64,000 bases of DNA, from contig JBMFMB010000002.1 in the NCBI GenBank assembly GCA_049970895.1, positions 16,017 through 80,016 of the forward strand, written 5' to 3'. This document shows, piece by piece, positions 52,090-60,192 of the stretch (positions are counted from its first letter, which is position 1; each line of letters begins with the position of its first letter). A model generated the notes under the pieces. It ran no database searches and was not told where the DNA came from. It saw only the letters and a program-made list of their open reading frames with translations. This stretch comes from Candidatus Bathyarchaeia archaeon (lineage in GTDB: Archaea; Thermoproteota; Bathyarchaeia; Bathyarchaeales; Bathycorpusculaceae). The translations under genes and the position numbers were made by a program.

Positions 52090-52562
52090 ACTCAGGCATG
52101 CCCTTTCCACCAACAAGTCCTCCTTGGTCGACACTTTTCATTTTCCTCCTCGCCGCTGCTATATCATTTCTAATGTCCCTTGCAAACCGTCTAACAACAG
52201 ACCCTGAAAAAACTAAGGCTTGGAGAAAAGAAATCGCTGAATGGAACGAACAATTTCGCGAGGCTCGGAAAAGCGGAAACAAGAAGCAGATGGAGAAGCT
52301 TATGAAAAAACAACAGTACATACTCCAAATTCAAGCGAAAATGTCGTGGCAATCAATGAAAGTATCACTTCTCTTCTTTATTCCATTAATGATAGTCTGG
52401 TTCTTCTTAAACAATACATACAGAAAGCAGCCAATTGCATATTTTCCAGGAATCGGCCCACAATTGCTTTGGCTTCCACCTCTGTTCTGGTGGTATCTTT
52501 TGTGCTCCTTCTTTTTCAGCACGTTATTCTCCCACTTATTAGGCCTTACAAGTGTGGAGTGA
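52086..52562 (+). CDS. DUF106 / EMC3-TMCO1 (Oxa1 superfamily) membrane protein
   Basis: TM, coiled coil, two TMs with WWYLLCS; canonical position after secY. Confidence 0.88.
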   Translation: MNSGMPFPPTSPPWSTLFIFLLAAAISFLMSLANRLTTDPEKTKAWRKEIAEWNEQFREARKSGNKKQMEKLMKKQQYILQIQAKMSWQSMKVSLLFFIPLMIVWFFLNNTYRKQPIAYFPGIGPQLLWLPPLFWWYLLCSFFFSTLFSHLLGLTSVE

Positions 52563-52568
52563 TGGGGT

Positions 52569-52847
52569 ATGCCCAGACCAGCCCAGCGGACCCGCAGCCG
52601 AAAACGCGTTTATAAGGCTTTACCTGGAGGACGAACGGGCATACATTTTAAACGTGAAGTTCCAAGGGGCAGTAGTTGTGCCAGATGCGGCAAACCTTTA
52701 GCTGGGATTCCCCGTCTTCTTCCTTACGAGACGAGGAAGCTTAACAGAACAAAGAGGAGTATTTCAAGGATTTACGGTGGGCATCTCTGCCCCAGCTGCC
52801 TAAAAACGGCCCTAAAACAAGCAGCACGAACACCTAGTACTACATGA
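52569..52847 (+). CDS. rpl34e: 50S ribosomal protein L34e
   Basis: PGGRT, CARCGKPLAGI, RIYGGHLCPSC. Confidence 0.94.
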   Translation: MPRPAQRTRSRKRVYKALPGGRTGIHFKREVPRGSSCARCGKPLAGIPRLLPYETRKLNRTKRSISRIYGGHLCPSCLKTALKQAARTPSTT

Positions 52848-52857
52848 GGCCCTTAGT

Positions 52858-53436
52858 ATGGCAAAGGAACCATTAATTATTTGTGTTTGTGGAATGGCTG
52901 GAAGCGGCAAAAGCACATTAGCAAAGAAGCTGGCTGAAAAGTATGGGCTCAAATACTATTCAGGCGGGGATGCATTAAAGGCCCTGGCGTTGGAGAAAGG
53001 GCATAAGCCAGCGGAGCACGGCTGGTGGGAAAGCAAGGAAGGCCTATCCTTCCTAGAGAAGAGGGAAAAGAACCCCGAATTTGACAAGGCTGTGGACCAG
53101 AAGCTTTTGGAAGTTGCAAAAAAGGGAAACGTCGTCCTAGACAGTTGGACAATGCCATGGCTTCTTGAAAATGGCTTTAAGATATGGCTTGAGGCTTCGC
53201 CAAGAAAAAGGGCTGAAAGGGTGGCAAAAAGAGACAAGATAACCGTGAAAGAGGCATTAAAAGCCTTGAGAAAAAAGGAGGAGAAGACAAAAGCGATATA
53301 CGAGAAAATTTATGGCTTCAAATTGGGCGAGGATTTCACCCCCTTCCACATCATATTAGACACTGACAACTTGTCGGCTGAGGAAGTTTTCCAAGTCTTA
53401 AGCACCGTTTTGGACAAGCTGGTTTTTAGTAAATAG
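52858..53436 (+). CDS. cmk: Cytidylate kinase, archaeal type
   Basis: P-loop GMAGSGKST; canonical position after rpl34e. Confidence 0.92.
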   Translation: MAKEPLIICVCGMAGSGKSTLAKKLAEKYGLKYYSGGDALKALALEKGHKPAEHGWWESKEGLSFLEKREKNPEFDKAVDQKLLEVAKKGNVVLDSWTMPWLLENGFKIWLEASPRKRAERVAKRDKITVKEALKALRKKEEKTKAIYEKIYGFKLGEDFTPFHIILDTDNLSAEEVFQVLSTVLDKLVFSK

Positions 53437-53601
53437 AACGCCGCGTAAATTTTCTAAAGTTATATAGAATAGAGAAAGCTTCTAGAAAATTGCCTTCCTC
53501 CCAAGTTTGGAGCCTTAAAACCTAAATTTAGAAAGCCTCATAGAGAGAACGACTGTTAAAATTTAATGGTTAGATTGGACAAGAAAAGAAGAGGCCCGCT
53601 A

Positions 53602-55005
53602 ATGTTCTTCCTAGAGTGCATAGCATGTGGCGCAAGGTTTGAAGCTTATCCGCCACAACATGACTGTAAGAAATGTGGCGGTCTATTAGAGTATAAATTC
53701 GATGATGAAACACTTAAAACTGGCAAATTTTCTGGTTCCTTCACTTTTTGGCGTTATAGGAAACTTTTGCCAAAGGTTAAAAACGTTGTCTCCATGGGCG
53801 AGGGAGGAACCCCACTTATCAAGGCGAAGAGGCTTGCCAAAAACGTTGGGTTAGACGATTTATGCTTTAAAGATGAGACGCGAAACCCAACGAATTCTTT
53901 TAGGGATAGATGCGCCACCCTAATTGTTTCTAACGCTGTCGATTTGGGATATGGGTCAATTGTTTGCGCTACAAATGGAAACCTTGGGGCTTCTTTGGCT
54001 GCATACTGTGCAAAGTCTGGATTAACATGCTATATTGTAGTGCCGAAAAATGTGGATATGGGAAAACTTGCCCAAATGCTCATCTACGACGCTGTAATTG
54101 AAGAGCATGGAGAAATAGTTGACGATTCGCTGAAAATAGCCTATGAATTAGCCAATGAAATGGGCTGGTATCAAGGTTCTGCAGAGTTTAATCCACTATC
54201 CATAGAAGCCCTAAAAACCATTGCGTACGAGGTCTACGAGCAGATGGGTGTACCAGACTGGTTTATAGCCTCCATGGGGAGCGGAGGAACATTATACGCC
54301 ATTTGGAAAGGCTTCAAAGAGCTTCAAATAAGGGGTGAAGCAAACTCACTTCCAAGGATGGTTGGCGTTCAAGCTGAGGGGTGCTCACCAATTGTGAAGG
54401 CTTACATGCAAAATGTTCAAGAGCCTACTCTTAAAACGAAACCTTCAACCCACGCGCTTGCCATACTTGTCCAAAATCCACGATATGGCAAACTGGCCCT
54501 AAAAGCCATCAAAGAATCTCAAGGAACAGCCACATCAGTTTCAGACGAAGAAATCTTTGTGGCAGAGCAAGAGATCGCAAAGCTTGAAGGCATTTTCGCT
54601 GAACCGGCAAGTGCAGCAACATACGCGGCACTAAAGAAACTTGTAAACGGATGTGTGATAGACAGAAAGGCGAAGGTTGTGTGCTTGATAACTGGAAGCG
54701 GTCTAAAGGCAACGGATATTCTCCAAGCCTTAACAAAGAGAAGGAAAACAGCCATTGTAGGGTTGGAGCTTAGCACAAAGGAGAAAATATTGCGGATTCT
54801 ATGTGAAAGGGATGCTTATGGTTATGAATTATGGAAAAAACTTGGAAAAGTGATGACGAGGGCAGCAGTTTACCAGCATTTAGGCGAATTGTCAAGAAAT
54901 GGGTTAATTTCAAGTTATGAAAAGGATGGGCGGAGATATTTTAGAATAACAAAGCGTGGAATGAAAGCCCTCCGTGCACTCGACAACCTAAAACTTCTGC
55001 TATAG
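53602..55005 (+). CDS. Threonine-synthase-like PLP-fold protein with PLP Lys replaced by Arg, fused to a C-terminal winged HTH
   Basis: CxxC...CxxC ribbon, MGEGGTPL, NPTNSFRDR, TNGN, MGSGG, EPASA, ITGSGLK, then ILRIL...YGYELWKKL...VYQHLGELSRNGLI...YFRIT. Confidence 0.88.
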   Translation: MFFLECIACGARFEAYPPQHDCKKCGGLLEYKFDDETLKTGKFSGSFTFWRYRKLLPKVKNVVSMGEGGTPLIKAKRLAKNVGLDDLCFKDETRNPTNSFRDRCATLIVSNAVDLGYGSIVCATNGNLGASLAAYCAKSGLTCYIVVPKNVDMGKLAQMLIYDAVIEEHGEIVDDSLKIAYELANEMGWYQGSAEFNPLSIEALKTIAYEVYEQMGVPDWFIASMGSGGTLYAIWKGFKELQIRGEANSLPRMVGVQAEGCSPIVKAYMQNVQEPTLKTKPSTHALAILVQNPRYGKLALKAIKESQGTATSVSDEEIFVAEQEIAKLEGIFAEPASAATYAALKKLVNGCVIDRKAKVVCLITGSGLKATDILQALTKRRKTAIVGLELSTKEKILRILCERDAYGYELWKKLGKVMTRAAVYQHLGELSRNGLISSYEKDGRRYFRITKRGMKALRALDNLKLLL

Positions 55006-55046
55006 TTTTCGTTTCAGCAGAGCCACAAATCTAAAATAGTTGAAAA

Positions 55047-55072
55047 AATAGTATAGTTACAACTATACTATT
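55047..55072. promoter_or_regulatory. Perfect palindrome, candidate operator
   Basis: AATAGTATAGTT-AC-AACTATACTATT ending 14 bp before the ECF S-component ATG. Confidence 0.75.
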
Positions 55073-55086
55073 AAAGGTTTTGCACG

Positions 55087-55839
55087 ATGTCGTCAAAGTC
55101 CGCTGCGAAACTGGCAAGGCAGTTAAGCATTACGGGTGTTTTTACAGCCCTTGTTTGTATAGCGACAATAAGCTTCACCGTTTATGTGCCAAGCACTAAA
55201 GGCTATTTTAACATAGGGGAAACAATGGTTTACACATCAGCCTTGCTTTTCGGTCCTTTCGTAGGAGCTTTTGCTGGTGGTGTTGGTTCTATGCTTGCGG
55301 ATGTTTTCCTTGGCTACTATTATTATGCGCCTGCAACTTTGGTGGTTAAAGCCTTTGAAGGCTTTCTTGTCGGTTTTCTCAGTCGAAAAGGGCGGGTTTT
55401 TGTCAAGTCTCATACTAAACGTGAGTGGAGAATTTTCACGATTGAAATAGGTATACTCATAGGATTGCTCATCAGCCTTATTGGTTTCCTCTACTATAGT
55501 GGTCTCGTCGAATTATATTCTGGCATGGTTTCCACGGAAAATCCGGCATCAAAGTTTTTCATTCCGGTTGAGTTTTGGTTTGGAATAGGAATCCTCACAG
55601 TAATCCTAATAACAGTTTTAGCCTTGACATCAGAGCCCGAATTCAGCCTAGCCATGGTTTCATGCGTATTTGGAGGGTTGTTGATGGTTTTTGGCTACTT
55701 CCTCTACGAGCAATTTTTCCTCGGAGTGTTTGCCTTTGCAGAAGTTCCCATAAACATTGGACAGATGACTGTGGGTGTAATTGTTGCCACACCAATCGTT
55801 CGAGTTGTAAAGCAAGCTCTGCCACAGCTTAAAAGCTAA
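55087..55839 (+). CDS. ECF transporter S component (HmpT/PdxU-like)
   Basis: GYFNIGETMVY...LLFGP...GGVGSMLAD...APATLVVKAFEG, C-terminal EVPINIGQ. Confidence 0.85.
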   Translation: MSSKSAAKLARQLSITGVFTALVCIATISFTVYVPSTKGYFNIGETMVYTSALLFGPFVGAFAGGVGSMLADVFLGYYYYAPATLVVKAFEGFLVGFLSRKGRVFVKSHTKREWRIFTIEIGILIGLLISLIGFLYYSGLVELYSGMVSTENPASKFFIPVEFWFGIGILTVILITVLALTSEPEFSLAMVSCVFGGLLMVFGYFLYEQFFLGVFAFAEVPINIGQMTVGVIVATPIVRVVKQALPQLKS

Positions 55840-55869
55840 CACGCTGAAATATTTGCTGAGGCGTTAAAA

Positions 55870-56895
55870 TTGAAACTGCCGTTTGGAAAAGTTCCCATCG
55901 AAATATTGAAGGAAGTTGTCTTCAAAAATTTGGGATTTAAACGCTGGGAGGTTGTCCTTGGACCCTCGGCTGGCTATGATGGCGCCGTTGTAGATTTCGG
56001 TGAGAAATCTTTGGTGGCTTCGATGGACCCTATAACTGGTGCTGTTGAGCGTATTGGCTGGCTTGCAGTAAATATCAACGCAAATGACATTGCCACTTTC
56101 GGCGTAGAGCCAGCCTACTTCCTTTCATGCATATTACTTCCAGAAAACGCCGATCGGGAAATCATTGAGGTTATATGTTCTCAAATGGATGCCGCAGCAA
56201 AGGATTTAAAAATGGCAATTATCGGAGGGCACTGCGAAGTAACACCTGAGCTCACCAATCCGGTTGTTATAGGATGCGCCTTTGGAATAACAGATAAAGG
56301 ACATTATGTCACCGCCGGAGGAGCACAGCCCCTAGACAAACTTATTCTAACAAAAAGTGCCGGCATCGAGGGAACAGCCATCCTCGCAACTGAACGCTAT
56401 AATATGCTTCTAAATATGGGTGCCGATGATAAGCTGTTAAAGTCTGCCCAGAAGTTTTTCGAGAAAATAAGCGTCGTTAAAGAGGGCATTGCAGCCTTCA
56501 AAACAGGCGGAGTAAACGCCATGCACGACCCAACAGAAGGCGGCATTCTTGGAGGCATCCATGAAATGGCGGACGCCTCACAATTAGGCGTTAAAATTTT
56601 CGAAGAGAAAATTCCAGTGGCAGAGGAAACAGCGGAAATCTGTAGGCTTTTGAGTATAGACCCCTTACAGCTGATAAGTTCTGGAGCCATGCTTATCGCG
56701 GCAAAACCAGAATACACAGAATACATCATCAAGAAATTGGAGGAAGAAAAGATTGAAGCATCTGTGATTGGTGAGTTCTTAAGCGACCCGAAAACGCGTG
56801 TAATGGTTCGAAAAGATAAACGCGAAACAAGTCTCCCCCGTCCAGAGTGTGACCATTTATGGTTGGCATTGACAAGGCATAAAGAGTTTCCATGA
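55870..56895 (+). CDS. PurM/HypE/ThiL-superfamily (AIR-synthase-like) ATP-dependent enzyme
   Basis: DPITG, NANDIA, GGHCE, MHDPTEGG, DPLQLISSG; lacks the HypE PRIC end and the PurM GVGTK motif. Confidence 0.85.
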   Translation: MKLPFGKVPIEILKEVVFKNLGFKRWEVVLGPSAGYDGAVVDFGEKSLVASMDPITGAVERIGWLAVNINANDIATFGVEPAYFLSCILLPENADREIIEVICSQMDAAAKDLKMAIIGGHCEVTPELTNPVVIGCAFGITDKGHYVTAGGAQPLDKLILTKSAGIEGTAILATERYNMLLNMGADDKLLKSAQKFFEKISVVKEGIAAFKTGGVNAMHDPTEGGILGGIHEMADASQLGVKIFEEKIPVAEETAEICRLLSIDPLQLISSGAMLIAAKPEYTEYIIKKLEEEKIEASVIGEFLSDPKTRVMVRKDKRETSLPRPECDHLWLALTRHKEFP

Positions 56896-56912
56896 TTGTA
56901 AAATGTTGCATG

Positions 56913-57947
56913 TTAACGTCTTTTTAGGAAGAATCTTACATTACGCCACTTGTCCCTAACTATTTCAATGTTACCAGCAACACTTCCATGAATTGAATAG
57001 AAAATATAACAAAGGTAGGTGCATCTTTCACATTCACTAAACTTTCGCCTGAGAGTTTCAAACCTCTCACTTTCCCAGAGGGTTGGCAGCTCAAAAATTG
57101 AGGCAACTGGCTCATGAAGGTGGCAACCGGCAACTTCACCCAGATGATTTATTACGAAGAAACTCTGTAGTGCGCGGCACCTCCAAATTCTCTTATTCTC
57201 CAAATAAAGGTGTTTAACAGCTTCCAAAACTTTTGTTGTAATCAAAACGTTATCATCCTTTTGCTTCATTTCAAGAAGTGAGTCGCAAACCTTCACCATG
57301 GCATCTCTATCCCTTATTATGAAATGGTCTTCCTCCTTGCCTATCTTGAAAAGCGAGTTTGAACATCCAACGGCATCATAAGAGTATAGGGAATACCATA
57401 CTGGGATCCCTCTGCTTAGGAAGTATTTGGTGAAATCAATAATCTCGTAAAGGTTAGCTTGCGAAATGGTCGGCGTTACACTTACGTTGATGCCCTCTCT
57501 GTGAAGCTTTTCAACGGTCTCCATAGCCCTTTTCCATGCGCCTTTAACGCCTCTTATGCGGTCGTTTTTCTCCGGGTTTAAGCTGTCTATTGAAATTGCG
57601 ACGAAATTTGCGTGTCTTAAGGCGGCGATTTTTTCAGCTGCCATGCTACCGTTATCATAAACTGTTGTGAAAAAGTAACGTGATGCATACTCAATTATTT
57701 CATCAATATCCGCCCTTAAAAGCGGGTTGCCGCCAGATATTAAAACTTCGACAACTCCTAATTTTCGAAGAATATCTAGACCTCGTTTAATTTCCTCGGT
57801 TGACAGTTCTTCGCTATCTTGCTCTCGCCAGACATTACATCCAGCACATCTGTAGTTGCATCTTCTTGTTACCATCCATTGAACATGGTAAGGTCTGTTT
57901 GGGACTAAGACCCGTGATACAATGCCTAAGGCTTTCCTAATGGACAT
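56913..57947 (-). CDS. Radical SAM protein with C-terminal SPASM/twitch-like Cys cluster
   Basis: CNYRCAGC, SGGNPLLR, C-terminal C...GC...CERCTYLC. Confidence 0.88.
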   Translation of the reverse strand: MSIRKALGIVSRVLVPNRPYHVQWMVTRRCNYRCAGCNVWREQDSEELSTEEIKRGLDILRKLGVVEVLISGGNPLLRADIDEIIEYASRYFFTTVYDNGSMAAEKIAALRHANFVAISIDSLNPEKNDRIRGVKGAWKRAMETVEKLHREGINVSVTPTISQANLYEIIDFTKYFLSRGIPVWYSLYSYDAVGCSNSLFKIGKEEDHFIIRDRDAMVKVCDSLLEMKQKDDNVLITTKVLEAVKHLYLENKRIWRCRALQSFFVINHLGEVAGCHLHEPVASIFELPTLWESERFETLRRKFSECERCTYLCYIFYSIHGSVAGNIEIVRDKWRNVRFFLKRR

Positions 57948-58126
57948 TTAAGGCACCGCTTGAATTCGCGTCACTCATTTCGAGTCAAATTCAATACTTT
58001 TGGCTTGAGATATAAAACTGTTGTCGGCGTGGATGAAGCTTTAAAATTTGAAGGGTTATAAATCCTTTTTAATCTCCTGAAATTACCATTTTGATAATTA
58101 TTGCACGCAATGAGATGGTGTAGCTG

Positions 58127-58867
58127 GTGACCCTTCAGAAAGTGGACGTTGTGGTGCTCACCAAAAACAGCGAAAGAGTTCTAGAAAAGTGCCTAAACTC
58201 AATTTACAGGAACATTCCAGTGAACCGCCTAATAATAGTTGATGGATACTCAACCGACCATACCTTAAAGATTGTTGAGAAGTTTAGAGAGAAATACGGG
58301 AACGTGGTATTGTTGATGGACAACGGAACGCGGGGAAGCGCAAGAATGAAGGGTATAAACGAAGCTGTAACGGAGTGGTTCGTCTTTGTGGACAGCGACG
58401 TTGTGTTGTGCGACAAATGGTTTGAGAAAGCCAAAAATCTCGTAAAAGAGGATGTTGGAGGGGTCTGGGGTATAGAAATATGGCATGGCATCAAGAACCC
58501 AATTGTTCTGAAGCTCTTTCTTAAAATAACCAGGAAAATTTTCGATTTACGCGGAGGAACCCATGATCTTCTTGTACGCCGAGACGCAATTAAGGACATA
58601 AACATACCGAGGGATTTGCACGTGTTTGAGGACGCCTTCATTAAGGAATGGATAGAGAGGAAAGGCTATAGTTTAGTTGCAACATATGACCCATACTGCA
58701 TACATTATAGACCACCAGAAGCTTGGACGATAAATGGAAGCATCCGCATACTTATTGATAACCTTCGCTTTGTAACGCTTCGCAAGCTTCCAAAATTATG
58801 CATGGCATACGCGTTCTACACAGTTTATGTCTTGTACGGAAGCTTATCTAGAAAGATTAAAAGCTAG
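58127..58867 (+). CDS. Glycosyltransferase family 2
   Basis: VDGYSTD, FVDSD, VFED. Confidence 0.9.
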   Translation: MTLQKVDVVVLTKNSERVLEKCLNSIYRNIPVNRLIIVDGYSTDHTLKIVEKFREKYGNVVLLMDNGTRGSARMKGINEAVTEWFVFVDSDVVLCDKWFEKAKNLVKEDVGGVWGIEIWHGIKNPIVLKLFLKITRKIFDLRGGTHDLLVRRDAIKDINIPRDLHVFEDAFIKEWIERKGYSLVATYDPYCIHYRPPEAWTINGSIRILIDNLRFVTLRKLPKLCMAYAFYTVYVLYGSLSRKIKS

Positions 58868-58876
58868 GCGACAATT

Positions 58877-59587
58877 TTATGGATAGTCTCTTGAGTACCG
58901 TGATAGCAAAGCCCTTTTTGTCAATATATAAAAAGAGCCAATCATGAACCATAAGAGAGAAACTTTTAGGTAGCCATTTTTCTCAAATCTCCTCATTGAA
59001 ACATGTCCCTTTGCGTTGCGGACGAATTTGATTTTTCCACGCTTCCTTAATTTTAAGGACATATCCACATCTTCGCCACATGCATTTTTCTCAGTGAAGC
59101 CTCCGACTTTTTCAAAGGCTTCCCTTTTAATAGCCACGGCTGTTCCTAATTTTCCAAAACATGGAATTTTTGCCCTTCTTAAAACTAGATTTGACAATTC
59201 CTCTTTGCCGTACGCCAGCCACGCTTTCAACGTTCCCTCTTTAGGAAACAAATCTCCGTATGCCGCCACAACGTTGTCCTCGTTTAGATATGGCAAAACA
59301 ATATCAATCCAGTTTGAGAGGAGAGCTATGTCGGCGTCTACAAAGAGGAAGACGTCGCCTCGTGCCTCCCTTGCTCCGATGTTTCTTCCAGCGGGTATTA
59401 TGCAGTTTTGAATCAATATCTTGTCTGCATATTTTCTGGCGATGTCCACAGTTTTATCCTTAGAACATGAATCAACAACGATTATTTCCTTGTTGTTATA
59501 TGTTTGATTCTTCAGGGACCTTAGGCAGTCTTCTATGTAGTGCTCCTCGTTGAGGGTTGTAACTATTATTGAGACTAATTTTGACAT
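58877..59587 (-). CDS. Glycosyltransferase family 2
   Basis: VDSCSKD, GRNIG, FVDAD, GGF...ED, SMRRF. Confidence 0.92.
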   Translation of the reverse strand: MSKLVSIIVTTLNEEHYIEDCLRSLKNQTYNNKEIIVVDSCSKDKTVDIARKYADKILIQNCIIPAGRNIGAREARGDVFLFVDADIALLSNWIDIVLPYLNEDNVVAAYGDLFPKEGTLKAWLAYGKEELSNLVLRRAKIPCFGKLGTAVAIKREAFEKVGGFTEKNACGEDVDMSLKLRKRGKIKFVRNAKGHVSMRRFEKNGYLKVSLLWFMIGSFYILTKRALLSRYSRDYP

Positions 59588-59722
59588 GGCAGTTCCGTTT
59601 TACCCGGTTTAGTTTATGGCTTTATTCTCTTTTTTACTAGTTAAAAATTTTCATGGAAAGCCGGGGAAAACCTAAATTGTATGTTTGCAGATTGTGTTAG
59701 CAAGTTGTCGGGTTGATGGTTC

Positions 59723-60097
59723 ATGGCAGGAGAGGGAGACCCTGTTAAGTTGCATAAGGATGGAAACACGCTTTACGAGACTGGCAAGTATGAGGAGGCT
59801 AAAGAGAAGTTTCTGAAGGCTTCTGAACTGTACAAGAAAGCAAACAATTTCTTTGACGCCACATACGCTCTCTTCAAGGCTGGCGAGTGTGCTTTCATGC
59901 TGAAGGATTATGCCGGAGCGGTTGAATACTTCCTAAAGTCTGCGGAGCTTTCCTTCCAAAAGGGCTTTGACAGGTTCGGCGTCAGCGCATTGGAGTATGC
60001 AAGAGACTGTTATAGGGCTTTAGGTGAAAGCGAAAAGGTTTCTGAGACCGAGAAAAAGATAATAGAGGTTAAAGCAAAGTTGGAAGAGTCTTTTTAA
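59723..60097 (+). CDS. Small TPR/SNAP-like helical repeat protein
   Basis: Repeated G...Y..A...F.KA/S.EL helical pairs. Confidence 0.7.
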   Translation: MAGEGDPVKLHKDGNTLYETGKYEEAKEKFLKASELYKKANNFFDATYALFKAGECAFMLKDYAGAVEYFLKSAELSFQKGFDRFGVSALEYARDCYRALGESEKVSETEKKIIEVKAKLEESF

Positions 60098-60192
60098 AAG
60101 CGCCACACCTTTCTTTTTATCATGCTATTCTACACTAAAAACGGTTTTAATTTTGGCTACATCATTTTAGTATGGTAGGACTGAAGTGTTGT

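Noticed and set aside
53448-53492. Imperfect inverted repeat AATTTTCTA...TAGAAAATT after cmk
   Set aside because: AT-rich with a long spacer and no match to the 55047 palindrome; cannot be distinguished from chance
55870-56895. Second hypE or purM
   Set aside because: Lacks the C-terminal PRIC of HypE and the PurM-specific motifs; true copies are present elsewhere in the window
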